NCBI GenBank assembly: GCA_965140585.1
Contig: OZ223270.1
Coordinates: forward strand, 352,001-416,000
DNA length: 64,000 nucleotides
Direction of reading: 5' to 3'
Source: Spirochaetia bacterium
GTDB lineage: Bacteria; Spirochaetota; Spirochaetia; UBA9216
The position numbers were made by a program, and so were the translations under genes. The number at the start of each line of letters is the position of its first letter. Position 1 is the first letter of the stretch. Below the pieces are notes generated by a model. That model had not been told where the DNA came from. It saw nothing but the letters and a program-made list of their open reading frames with translations, and did no database searches. Below, one piece after another: positions 1 through 9,089 of this stretch.

Positions 1-860
1 GAGTATATCTTGCTCAGGCTCATCTTAAAACTATACTCGTTGATACAGCACTTCCCGGAGGATATGTTGCAACTACACACCAGGTATCAAACTATCCCGG
101 TTTCATTGAACCGCAGCAGGGATACATGCTTAGCCATTACATGAGCGAGCAGGCAAAGGCTAATGGTGTTGAGTTCAGAAGTGCGGTTGAAGTAACAAAG
201 GTCGACCTTGCAAACAAGAGTATTCTTGTAGACGGATTTGAAACAATAGAAGCCAAAAAGGTTGTTATAGCTACAGGCTCAAGACCAAGACCACTGGGAA
301 TCCCCGGCGAAAAAGAATATGCAGGTCAGGGAATCAGTTACTGTGCAACATGCGACGGAAAATACTTTGAAGGAAAGGAAATCGTCGTTATAGGAGGCGG
401 AAACTCTGCTATTGAAGAATCGCTATTCCTCTCAAAATTCGCCAGTAAAATAACCATTGTTCATCAGTTCGACACTCTGCAGGCAAACAAGGAAGCTCAG
501 CAGAAAATCTTTGACGATCCTAAGGTTAACATCATGTTTGAACATGAGCCCAGAGAGTTTAAAAAATACGGCAACATGGACATGGCTGTAGTAGTTGAAG
601 ATCTTAAAACCGGTGAAAAGAAAGAGGTTAAAACTAACGGTATTTTCGTATTCGTAGGCTTTATACCAAATCTTGAAAGCTTTCATGACAAACTTGAAAC
701 AGACCAGTGGGGATATCTTAAGACCACTGAAAACATGGAAACAAATATCCCCGGAGTTTTTGCAGTGGGCGATGTTAAAACCAAGGCTTACCGCCAGATA
801 ACAACCGCTGTTTCTGATGGAACAATTGCCGCAATTACAATATCAAAAGAACTTTCCTGA
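1..860 (+). CDS. trxB: Thioredoxin-disulfide reductase family protein, 5' end cut off by the window edge
   Basis: Frame is open upstream of the listed ATG (VYLAQAHLKTILVDTALPGGYVATTHQVSNYPGF from position 3). Motifs: ATGS, redox CATCDG, GGGNSA NADPH motif, GVFAVGDV, RQITTAVSDG. Confidence 0.9.
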   Translation, partial: VYLAQAHLKTILVDTALPGGYVATTHQVSNYPGFIEPQQGYMLSHYMSEQAKANGVEFRSAVEVTKVDLANKSILVDGFETIEAKKVVIATGSRPRPLGIPGEKEYAGQGISYCATCDGKYFEGKEIVVIGGGNSAIEESLFLSKFASKITIVHQFDTLQANKEAQQKIFDDPKVNIMFEHEPREFKKYGNMDMAVVVEDLKTGEKKEVKTNGIFVFVGFIPNLESFHDKLETDQWGYLKTTENMETNIPGVFAVGDVKTKAYRQITTAVSDGTIAAITISKELS

Positions 861-883
861 TAAGTGGTTAGTTTCTAATATTG

Positions 884-920
884 AAGCCTGTATCGTATAA
901 CCCGGTGCAGGCTTTTTTTT
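884..920 (+). terminator. Rho-independent terminator
   Basis: Stem aagcctgtatcg/cggtgcaggctt (with G-U pairs) followed by a T-run, just after the trxB stop. Confidence 0.85.
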
Positions 921-1003
921 AATAGAATGACATTCAACACAAATCCGGAACCACGAGATTGATTGCAGGATACTAATAAATTAGAATAACTGCGGAGATA
1001 AAT

Positions 1004-1960
1004 ATGAAAAAACCAAAGGTTCTTGTTGGATTAAATGTTCCTGATTCTGTCAAACAGTACCTCGATACTTTCTGTGACTGTGAATACTTCAACCTGCGCG
1101 GTATTCCTCAGCTAGAGATTCTGCGCCGGATAAAAAACAAAAAGGGGCTGCTGATCGGTGGATCTAAAATTGACAAACAGCTTCTTGATGAGTCGCCGGA
1201 ACTTAAGGCGGTATGCTGCGCCTCTGTCGGATACAATAATGTTAATATCGAAGAAACCCGCAGGCGCGGAATTATTGTAACTAATACCCCCGGCGTTCTT
1301 AATGAAACTGTAGCCGATCTCATTCTGGCCCTCATGCTTTCAGTATCCCGCAGGATTGTAGAGCTTGACGGATATCTTAGAGCCGGGCTGTGGAAACCGG
1401 CTGATAATGAAAACCTGTTCGGTCTGGATGTACATCATAAAACACTTGGAATTATCGGCATGGGCCGTATTGGCGAAGCTGTTGCGAAGAGAGCTGTCGG
1501 CGGTTTTTCAATGAAGGTTCTATACCACAACAGAAACAGAAACTCCGAGGCGGAGAAAAAACTCGGCGCAGTATACTGTGAGTTTGGTCAACTTCTTTCA
1601 GATTCAGATTTTGTTCTTGTCATGACTCCGCTGACGGAACAGACCCGTAAAATGTTCGGCCGCAGGGAGTTTTCACTTATGAAAAACACCGCCTTTTTTA
1701 TAAATGCATCACGGGGGCAAATAGTTGATGAGGCCGCTTTGGCAGAGGCCCTGCAGAACGGAAGCATTGCAGGAGCCGGGCTTGACGTATTTGACGCAGA
1801 ACCGGTTACTTCGGACAACCCGCTTTTAAAATTTAAAAATACTGTTTTAGTCCCTCATATCGGTTCGGCCTCTTATCAGACTCGGGGCAATATGGCCATG
1901 CTGGCTGCACAAAATCTGAATGAAATTTTTAAAACCGGCAATGGAATAACTGAAGTTTAA
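1004..1960 (+). CDS. D-isomer-specific 2-hydroxyacid dehydrogenase (glyoxylate/hydroxypyruvate or 2-ketogluconate reductase, GhrB-like)
   Basis: VTNTPGVL, GIIGMGRIG, INASRG, GAGLDVF, PHIGSA motifs; RBS ggag. Confidence 0.9.
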   Translation: MKKPKVLVGLNVPDSVKQYLDTFCDCEYFNLRGIPQLEILRRIKNKKGLLIGGSKIDKQLLDESPELKAVCCASVGYNNVNIEETRRRGIIVTNTPGVLNETVADLILALMLSVSRRIVELDGYLRAGLWKPADNENLFGLDVHHKTLGIIGMGRIGEAVAKRAVGGFSMKVLYHNRNRNSEAEKKLGAVYCEFGQLLSDSDFVLVMTPLTEQTRKMFGRREFSLMKNTAFFINASRGQIVDEAALAEALQNGSIAGAGLDVFDAEPVTSDNPLLKFKNTVLVPHIGSASYQTRGNMAMLAAQNLNEIFKTGNGITEV

Positions 1961-2077
1961 TTTTGGTCAAGACTTAGAATTATTGTCTTTTTAGCCGAAT
2001 TTTAATTTTTTAATAACAGAGTTCTCAATATTTCTTAACAATATTTATTCATAGAAATGGTTTTTACGGAGAGATAT

Positions 2078-2527
2078 ATGTTAAAAACAAAAAAGATAAT
2101 ATTTACCATTGCAGCACTTATGCTGATGCTTACAATAATAGGCTGTTCAATCGAAATGGGGATATCGGCATCCGATGCAGACTATACATCTAAAAGCACC
2201 GCCGGTATTTCAATCAGCATCCAGCCCGGAGCTGAAGGCAGCAGGCGGGTTTCATCAGAAGCTTTTTCGGTTAAGACTCTGACAGTAATCATAACCGATG
2301 CTGCAGATGCAGATGCCGGCTCAGTATACTGGGTCTCAGGTGAAGGTGAAAAATTAATCAGCTTTTATCCGGATGCAGATAAAGACTACACTATCAAAAT
2401 TATCCAGAGCGGTGAAGAGAAGGGAGAAAAGAAAACCGTAACCGAGAGCTCAAGCCTTTATCTTTCAGAAAGCGATGTGGTAAACCTGATAATTGTTCCA
2501 GGCTATGCCTTGATCATCGTAAACTAA
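2078..2527 (+). CDS. Hypothetical lipoprotein
   Basis: ATG 2078 follows ggaga. Basic N-terminus, hydrophobic stretch and lipobox-like IIGC. Confidence 0.65.
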   Translation: MLKTKKIIFTIAALMLMLTIIGCSIEMGISASDADYTSKSTAGISISIQPGAEGSRRVSSEAFSVKTLTVIITDAADADAGSVYWVSGEGEKLISFYPDADKDYTIKIIQSGEEKGEKKTVTESSSLYLSESDVVNLIIVPGYALIIVN

Positions 2528-2545
2528 TCAGAGCATAAAATGAGA

Positions 2546-3667
2546 TTAGAGGGTCTGCACAGCCTCAGGCTTTCCGCTCTCTGAGCTGCGGTAGGCTGCA
2601 TCCAGAACAAACTGGGCTTTGGCACCGTCCTCTGCTCCCGGCCTGAAAGCTGAACCATCAGAGATGGACTTTAGAAACCTGTACTGATTTTCACAGTGAA
2701 AGCGCTGCCAGCCGATAACGGAACGGGGGGTCGGTATAACGGCACCCGAATAATGCTGAGCTGTTTCAAGCCGTTTCCATCCGTCTTCTTTCTGCGCCTC
2801 ATCAAACCAGTACAGATATCCCGGATCCATTAGATTAAACCTGAAAGATCCCCTGCTGCCGAAAACCGTGATATTCAGCTCATCAAGCGTCCCGGTCGCG
2901 AAACGTGAAACCTCAATCGTCCCTGTGCCTCCTGAAGCAAGTTCACAATGAAGCCATGCCGCATCATCAACAGTAACCGGCTTTTTATTCGAAACTCCTG
3001 CATATTCAGGCCTTTCTTTTATATAAGTTTTAACATCAGCCCTGACGGTCTTAAAATCACCAAGCAGATATGCAAGCAGGTCGATTACATGGACGCCCAG
3101 ATCAGCTATGGCGCCGCCGCCGGAACGGCTGAAATCCATCCGCCATGACCAGGGCTTTTCAGCATTCTGATAACCGGTATGGAAATATTCACCCCTGAAA
3201 GAGTAAACCTCACCCAGCCGTCCCTGCTCTATGAGCTCTCTGGCTTTAAGAATTGCAGGCACAAAACGGTAATTGAAGATCATTCCAAGTGTTTTATCGG
3301 AGCGCCGGGAGGCTTCAAGCACTTCAGAAGCCTCGGCGGCATTTAGTGCCAGAGGCTTTTCACACAGAACATGCTTTCCGGCTTCAAGAGACTTCAGGAT
3401 CTGCTCTTTATGCAGATAATTCGGGGAGACAATATCTACAACATCCACCTCCGGATCAGCAAGAACCTCATCGAGACTGCCGTAACCGAGTTCCATACCA
3501 GCAGCCTCTGCAGTGGCGGCAGATCGCTGTGGTGTTGAAGCAAGAAGACCTTTAATCCTCAACGGAGGAATAATCCCCGGATAATATTCTCTGATATCAC
3601 GGTATCCAAGAAGATGAATCCGCCCAATCGAACCAAAACCTAAAAAAGCAATATTGATTGTTTTCAT
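2546..3667 (-). CDS. Gfo/Idh/MocA family oxidoreductase
   Basis: GFGSIG Rossmann motif, HVLCEKP, GGGAIADLGVH. Start placed at MKTINIAFLG. Confidence 0.9.
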   Translation of the reverse strand: MKTINIAFLGFGSIGRIHLLGYRDIREYYPGIIPPLRIKGLLASTPQRSAATAEAAGMELGYGSLDEVLADPEVDVVDIVSPNYLHKEQILKSLEAGKHVLCEKPLALNAAEASEVLEASRRSDKTLGMIFNYRFVPAILKARELIEQGRLGEVYSFRGEYFHTGYQNAEKPWSWRMDFSRSGGGAIADLGVHVIDLLAYLLGDFKTVRADVKTYIKERPEYAGVSNKKPVTVDDAAWLHCELASGGTGTIEVSRFATGTLDELNITVFGSRGSFRFNLMDPGYLYWFDEAQKEDGWKRLETAQHYSGAVIPTPRSVIGWQRFHCENQYRFLKSISDGSAFRPGAEDGAKAQFVLDAAYRSSESGKPEAVQTL

Positions 3668-3748
3668 CCCATTTATCGTAACCATATAAGCCCGTTTTCT
3701 CAAGATTTAAATGAGGATATTTCAAAGATCTGTTTTAATTACCTATCC

Positions 3749-3776
3749 TTGACTTTCCGCCAGATTATGCCACAAT
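3749..3776 (+). promoter_or_regulatory. Sigma70-type promoter, probably giving a leaderless transcript
   Basis: TTGACT-16 bp-CACAAT with an extended -10 TG; ATG 7 nt downstream; no SD. Confidence 0.55.
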
Positions 3777-3783
3777 TAAGTTC

Positions 3784-4605
3784 ATGTATGATCTAAGTGG
3801 AAAAACAGCTGTTGTAACCGGCGGCGCCGGTGGTATAGGCTTTGACACAGTTGTCCGGCTTCTTAAGGAAAAGTGCCGGGTTGCGGTCTGGGACGCGTCG
3901 GAAACAGGAATGAAGGAGGCATCAGTTAAACTGATTGACTATTCGAACATGCTTCTGTGGAGGAAGGTCGATATTGCCGATCCGAAAGATACCAATGCAG
4001 CCGCGGAAGAACTGAAAGCCTCATGGGGCTCACCGGATATACTGATAAACAACGCAGGAGTAATGCGCAGAGGGACATTCCTTGAAGGAAAAAATTCCGA
4101 CTGGCCGCTGACTATTGATGTAAACCTGAATGGTGTAATGAATACAATAAAGGAATTTCTGCCTGATATGTATGAAAGAAATTCCGGACACATTGTGAAT
4201 ATCTCTTCTGCCGCTGGAATGCTCGGAGTATCAGGCCTGGCAGTTTATTCAGCAAGCAAATGGGCTGTTCACGGACTTACAGATTCTCTTCGGGAGGAAG
4301 CCTACACGGCCGGCAAGAACGTCCGCTTCAGTTCTGTACATCCTTTTTACATTGCAACCGGACTCTTCGAAGGGGCTCAAATAAAAGGCCTCGGGAATAT
4401 TCTTGTCCCGAGAGTTAAAAACCATGATGTTATTGCTAAAGCAATTGTTGAAGATGCCCTGCGGCGCGGAAGAATTAAAATATACAGGCCGCGCTCACTG
4501 TTTCTAATAGACCTGCTTAAAGGAATCCTGCCCTACCCGGCCTTTGTACGATTTATTCGCCTTCTAAAAGTTCAGGACAGCATGAATTATCACAGGAAAA
4601 AATAA
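3784..4605 (+). CDS. Short-chain dehydrogenase/reductase (17-beta-HSD11/retinol dehydrogenase-like)
   Basis: TGGAGGIG, NNAG, ISS and YSASK catalytic motifs. Confidence 0.9.
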   Translation: MYDLSGKTAVVTGGAGGIGFDTVVRLLKEKCRVAVWDASETGMKEASVKLIDYSNMLLWRKVDIADPKDTNAAAEELKASWGSPDILINNAGVMRRGTFLEGKNSDWPLTIDVNLNGVMNTIKEFLPDMYERNSGHIVNISSAAGMLGVSGLAVYSASKWAVHGLTDSLREEAYTAGKNVRFSSVHPFYIATGLFEGAQIKGLGNILVPRVKNHDVIAKAIVEDALRRGRIKIYRPRSLFLIDLLKGILPYPAFVRFIRLLKVQDSMNYHRKK

Positions 4606-4847
4606 TGGCAACATCAGCCATTTATAAAATTGCTACGGCAATATCTGCAGCACTTCTATTTTCAGTCTGTAACAACGGTCCGGCAACAGAGGAGTCCTGG
4701 CAGGCAGTCAAGGACAGTGCTGCAGTATGGCTGGCTCTGACCGAGGACTGGAACAGCTGGAATACACCCGAACTTGTCATATCTGCCGGAAACACAGCCG
4801 GGTCCGGAGACATTTTCTTTGTTGTAACCCCGAGGGAACAGACATAG
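4605..4847 (+). CDS. Small hypothetical exported protein, possibly a gene remnant
   Basis: Start overlaps the SDR stop (TAATG). Signal-like N-terminus ending LLFSVC; only 80 aa. Confidence 0.4.
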   Translation: MATSAIYKIATAISAALLFSVCNNGPATEESWQAVKDSAAVWLALTEDWNSWNTPELVISAGNTAGSGDIFFVVTPREQT

Positions 4848-4900
4848 CTCGCTATGACGGTGATCCATGGATGGCAAAAGCAAAATAAAGATATAAAATA

Positions 4901-4926
4901 CAACCTTTTTGAATTACAAACGTATA
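4901..4926 (+). promoter_or_regulatory. ECF-type autoregulatory promoter (AAC-N16-CGT)
   Basis: cAAC cttttgaattacaaa-type spacer of 16 nt (4905-4920), then CGTATA, 7 nt before the ECF sigma ATG. Confidence 0.65.
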
Positions 4927-4933
4927 TAAAAGT

Positions 4934-5503
4934 ATGAATGGTTTAAGAGAGCAGCTGAAAATATTCAGCTGTTCATTCAGCGAAAAAAAGTTAATTGAAA
5001 TCTTTGAACAAATCTGGTTCGAATACTATCCAAAACTCACTGTATACATTCAGGTCAGTTTTAATATCAGCGAATGTGAAGACCTTATACAAGAAATAAT
5101 GCTGAAAGTCTTTAAAAACCTGTCGGACTATAATCCGGTTTTCTCATTCAACACCTGGATTTTTTCTATTGCCCGGAATCATGTAATTGACGAGTTAAAA
5201 AAATCAGCCACTGCAGACCGGACAGTCAGCCGGCTCAAATCTGATTATCACAGTACAGAGTTCTACAAATACGGGTCACCTGAGAGCCTACAGCTGCGGG
5301 AAGTTTTAAAAAAAGACATACAGATTTTTATAGAAAAACTGCCGAAGCCGGAAAGACAAATTTCATATCTCAGGTTTTATGAGGAGCTTAAGTACTCGGA
5401 AATTTCAAAAATAACAGAGATACCTGAAGGCTCTGTTAAAAGCCATGTGCACAATATTAGAAAGAAACTTAAAGAATACTACGGGGAGGAATATGAAAAC
5501 TGA
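4934..5503 (+). CDS. ECF RNA polymerase sigma factor
   Basis: Region 2: EDLIQEIMLKVFKNL, FNTWIFSIARNHVID. Region 4: LKYSEISKITEIPEGSVKSHVH. Confidence 0.92.
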   Translation: MNGLREQLKIFSCSFSEKKLIEIFEQIWFEYYPKLTVYIQVSFNISECEDLIQEIMLKVFKNLSDYNPVFSFNTWIFSIARNHVIDELKKSATADRTVSRLKSDYHSTEFYKYGSPESLQLREVLKKDIQIFIEKLPKPERQISYLRFYEELKYSEISKITEIPEGSVKSHVHNIRKKLKEYYGEEYEN

Positions 5504-5804
5504 AAAGTTAATACAGGAAGAATTCCAGAGAATGATGGAACAGGTTGAAATACCTGAAGTTCCAATAGAAATTAAAGGAGAAATCTCCGGAAGAAATCAT
5601 CGAAGCATCCCTTCACTGCTTGCCGCCGCAATCATTGCCCTAAGCTTTATTCCCTTCATAGGCAGTGCAGAAAGACCTTCTATTCTAGCAGAGAAAACAG
5701 CCGGTTTCAGCCGGAATACTGAACTTGGAACAACACTTTCCAAACATCTTATCGATTTGCATAACATTGCAGAAAACTCATTTAACACAGGAGGAAAAAA
5801 ATGA
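5493..5804 (+). CDS. Putative single-pass membrane anti-sigma factor
   Basis: Overlaps the sigma 3' end; strong RBS ggggagga; short cytoplasmic N-terminus plus one TM (SLLAAAIIALSFIPFIG). Confidence 0.65.
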   Translation: MKTEKLIQEEFQRMMEQVEIPEVPIEIKGEISGRNHRSIPSLLAAAIIALSFIPFIGSAERPSILAEKTAGFSRNTELGTTLSKHLIDLHNIAENSFNTGGKK

Positions 5805-6244
5805 GGAAAACATATTTTATTAATTTAATTCTATACACAGCCATACTGATTCTTGCCATGTTTATAGTCGGATGTACAGCCTGCTTCTTTGATATTCCCA
5901 GCCTTTTAATGGTCCTGCTGCCGACCCTGTTGATGCTTTTAACCTGTTACAAACTGTCAGAGATGGGAAAGTATTTTTCTATCGCATTTTCTGATAAAAA
6001 AGCAGATACTGCAGTAATCGAAAAAGGCATAGGTTTCTTTAAAACAATGCAGAAATATCTTTTTATCGCCAGCGGCGTTGGGGTAATGATAGGCCTTATC
6101 GCTATGCTTGCAACACTTGATGATCCGGAGTACATAGGTAAAGGCATTGCGCTTGCCTTACTTACAATGCTTTACAGCCTGTATTTCACAATGATAATTG
6201 CTATTCCATTCCGCTCCGCCCTTGAAAAAAAACTGGTACAATAA
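5801..6244 (+). CDS. MotA/TolQ/ExbB-like 4-TM protein lacking the large cytoplasmic loop
   Basis: FFDIPSLLMV resembles the MotA TM1-TM2 link; GVMIGLIAMLATLDDPEYIGKGIALALLTMLY resembles MotA TM3-4. ATGA overlap and RBS aggagg. Confidence 0.7.
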   Translation: MRKTYFINLILYTAILILAMFIVGCTACFFDIPSLLMVLLPTLLMLLTCYKLSEMGKYFSIAFSDKKADTAVIEKGIGFFKTMQKYLFIASGVGVMIGLIAMLATLDDPEYIGKGIALALLTMLYSLYFTMIIAIPFRSALEKKLVQ

Positions 6245-6289
6245 GACAGAATTGATTATAAATCCTACTATAACATAACTCCCTATTGA

Positions 6290-6318
6290 ATCCGCCTGAA
6301 CACTCGCATCAGGCGGAT
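6290..6318 (+). terminator. Stem-loop / likely terminator of the ECF operon
   Basis: Perfect 10-bp inverted repeat atccgcctga...tcaggcggat; weak U-tail. Confidence 0.5.
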
Positions 6319-6337
6319 ATTATAAGTAAAAACAAAT

Positions 6338-6366
6338 TTGACATCTGAAAATTATTAGCCTAGGAT
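6338..6366 (+). promoter_or_regulatory. Sigma70 promoter of darAB
   Basis: TTGACA-17 bp-TAGGAT. Confidence 0.7.
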
Positions 6367-6405
6367 ATCTAATCATTTAAATAATTTTTAAAAACAGATC
6401 CTAAG

Positions 6406-7374
6406 ATGAAGAAAGTTTTATTTGTCTATTATTCACAGACAGGACAATTAACAAACATTGTTAAAAACTTTGCTGAGCCCCTATTAGATGATCCTGACAC
6501 AGAAGTAATTTTTGAAAGAATCAGACCGGTTGAAGAATACCCCTTCCCCTGGAGTTTCTTTAAATTCTTTGACATCTTTCCCGACTGCGCGCATATGGTT
6601 GCGCCTGAAATTCATCCTTTGGAAACCTCAGTATCGAACATCTACGATCTAATCATCCTGGCATATCAGACCTGGTTTCTTGCACCATCACTGCCTATGA
6701 CCGGTTTTTTAAAAAGTGAATCAGGCAGAGAAATACTCAAAGGTAAACCTGTTATAACAATCGTCGGAAGTAGAAACATGTGGATGATGGGTCAGGAAAA
6801 AATGAAGACAATGATTAAAGAAGCCGAGGCTCATCTTCTGGATAATGTAGTACTCACCGATGATGTAAACAGTTTTGCTTCATTTATAACCACTCCGCGC
6901 TGGATGTTCAGCGGTAAAAAAGACCGTTTTTTACGGGTATTCCCTGTGCCCGGTATTTCAAGGAAAGAGATAAAAGCAACCTCCCGCTTTGGAAAGGCCC
7001 TTGTTCAGGCTTTGAGAAGTAATCAGGAGCAGGAAGGAAAGCCGCTCCTACTGGGCCTTGGAGCCTGTACCGTCGATGAAAAGCTTATATTCAGTGAGAC
7101 TCTGGGAAGTAAAAGTTTTTTTCTCTGGGGGAAACTGATAAATAAACTGGGGGTCCCCGGTTCTACTGTAAGAAAACCCTTTCTGATTTTTTACTCAGTT
7201 TTTCTGGCTGCTATAATTATCGCCCTGACGCCTCTATCCTACCTTCTTCATTTTTTACTTAAACCATTCCTAAAGAAGAACCTAACGCACAAAAAAAACT
7301 ATTTTGAAGGTCCTTCAGGATCTGAAACATTTAAAATAAGTGAGAAAATAAATGAACGAAGCATACATCACTAA
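6406..7374 (+). CDS. darA: Dialkylresorcinol condensing enzyme/aromatase DarA
   Basis: Flavodoxin-like N-terminus YYSQTGQL; YPFPW; YQTWFLAPSLP; GSRNMW; SFITTPRW; C-terminal hydrophobic helix. Coupled to a DarB-like gene. Confidence 0.85.
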   Translation: MKKVLFVYYSQTGQLTNIVKNFAEPLLDDPDTEVIFERIRPVEEYPFPWSFFKFFDIFPDCAHMVAPEIHPLETSVSNIYDLIILAYQTWFLAPSLPMTGFLKSESGREILKGKPVITIVGSRNMWMMGQEKMKTMIKEAEAHLLDNVVLTDDVNSFASFITTPRWMFSGKKDRFLRVFPVPGISRKEIKATSRFGKALVQALRSNQEQEGKPLLLGLGACTVDEKLIFSETLGSKSFFLWGKLINKLGVPGSTVRKPFLIFYSVFLAAIIIALTPLSYLLHFLLKPFLKKNLTHKKNYFEGPSGSETFKISEKINERSIHH

Positions 7375-8494
7375 TATCTCAGCATTTTTTCCGAATAAAC
7401 CGGTATCAAACGACAGCATGGAAAATATACTCGGAAAAATCAGTGGACAGGCATCAAGAGCCAGAAAGATAATTTTAAAAAGCAATAAAATTATCAATCG
7501 CTTTTACGTAATTGATGAAAACGGAGAAATAAGATTCTCAAATTCACAGCTAACCGCAGAAGCAGTTAAAAAACTAGAAAATACAAATTTTAAAATTGAG
7601 CAGATAGATGCACTGATATGCGGAACAACAGTTCCCGATCAGATAGCACCGAATCACGCTGTGATGGTTCACGGTGAAGTCAGGAATCCTCCCTGTGAAG
7701 TTATATCGACATCAGGTATCTGCCTGTCCGGAATAGCAGCCCTGAAGGTTGCCTACATGGGGATTTTCGGAGGATTTTATGAAAAAGCCGTATCTACAGG
7801 CTCGGAAATTGCCAGCTTAATGATGAGATCTGATAATTTTGAAAAAGAATACAGCCAGAAAGTCGATGCGCTGGAAAAACGGCCGGAGATTGCATTTGAA
7901 AAAGACTTCCTTCGCTGGATGCTTTCCAATGCATCAGGGGCCTTTCTTGTTGAAAACAAACCCAACAGCGATCGACTGTCACTCAAAATCGAATGGCTTG
8001 AGATGCGGTCATACGCGAATGAGCTTGATGTTTGTATGTATGCAGGGGCAGAAAAACAGGATAATGGCTCCCTGAGGGGATGGGCTACATACCCCAACGG
8101 GGAAATCCTTGAGAAATCACTCATGTCCTTCAAACAGGATGTAAAGCTTCTTAATGACAATGTTATTGATTATTGCGGAGTAAAAACACTGCAGTCGGTT
8201 CTTGAAAAGAAGGCTCTGCATCCTTATGAAATAGACTACTTTCTGCCGCATATATCGTCTTTCTACTTCTGGGATGAATTATACGAAAAATTAAAAGGCA
8301 TAGATTTTGAAATACCTGAAGAAAAGTGGTTCACAAACCTTGGAACAAAAGGAAATACAGGAGCCGCATCCATGTATGTGATGCTGGAAGAACTGTTTAA
8401 TTCCGGAAACCTGAAAAAGGGTCAGAAAATACTCTGCGGAACCCCTGAGAGCGGAAGGTTCAACGGTTCGTATATGCTTTTAAGCGTTGTCTGA
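7352..8494 (+). CDS. darB: StlD/DarB-family beta-ketoacyl-ACP synthase III
   Basis: AYIT..SAFFPN.PVSNDSMENILG N-terminus; catalytic Cys (SGICLSG), His (LPHISS) and Asn (GNTGAAS); FEKDFLRWMLS; PESGRF. Confidence 0.88.
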   Translation: MNEAYITNISAFFPNKPVSNDSMENILGKISGQASRARKIILKSNKIINRFYVIDENGEIRFSNSQLTAEAVKKLENTNFKIEQIDALICGTTVPDQIAPNHAVMVHGEVRNPPCEVISTSGICLSGIAALKVAYMGIFGGFYEKAVSTGSEIASLMMRSDNFEKEYSQKVDALEKRPEIAFEKDFLRWMLSNASGAFLVENKPNSDRLSLKIEWLEMRSYANELDVCMYAGAEKQDNGSLRGWATYPNGEILEKSLMSFKQDVKLLNDNVIDYCGVKTLQSVLEKKALHPYEIDYFLPHISSFYFWDELYEKLKGIDFEIPEEKWFTNLGTKGNTGAASMYVMLEELFNSGNLKKGQKILCGTPESGRFNGSYMLLSVV

Positions 8495-8499
8495 ATAGA

Positions 8500-9018
8500 C
8501 TATGACTGCTCTGAAGCATCCTGAACCTCCTCAACCTTTTTAGGCTGAAGCAGGATAAAGGCTACCGCCCCGAATGTAATTGAAAGATCCGCTACATTAA
8601 GAATCCCGGTACGCAGATTACCAATACCGAAGTTCATAAAATCAACAACAATACCGTTATTGAATATCCTGTCCCAGAGGTTTCCGACTCCTCCGCCTAT
8701 TATGCATGCAAGACTTATGACCTGTCCCAGGGTAAGATTTTTACTTACCACAACATAGACCAGGGCTGCACCTGTAAGCAGTACCGGAAAGAGCACAAGA
8801 AGCAGAGTTTTAAAAGGCTCAGGCAGGTCACCGCCCATCCCTAGAAAGGCCCCGTCATTTTCAGCATAGTGCAGAATAAAAACCTCGCCGACAACATTTA
8901 CAGTACCATGTCCTCTCAGATCATTTTCAGCAGCGATTTTTGTTAACCGGTCAACAGTAAAGTTCGCGGCTGCAATTACAAGTATAAGCACCGCAAACAG
9001 ATATTTCTTATTCTTCAT
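8500..9018 (-). CDS. lspA: Lipoprotein signal peptidase II
   Basis: DRLTK, NDGAFLG, GGVGNLWDR, VVDF, NVAD motifs. Confidence 0.95.
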   Translation of the reverse strand: MKNKKYLFAVLILVIAAANFTVDRLTKIAAENDLRGHGTVNVVGEVFILHYAENDGAFLGMGGDLPEPFKTLLLVLFPVLLTGAALVYVVVSKNLTLGQVISLACIIGGGVGNLWDRIFNNGIVVDFMNFGIGNLRTGILNVADLSITFGAVAFILLQPKKVEEVQDASEQS

Positions 9019-9089
9019 GACTAAACAATAACATCAATATAGAAAATAAAAAATACCCGGGCATTAAAACCCTGTATTATAATAGGTCT

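Noticed and set aside
5801-6244. Zorya-like anti-phage ZorA
   Set aside because: Too short, with no long cytoplasmic tail and no ZorB/C/D/E neighbours.
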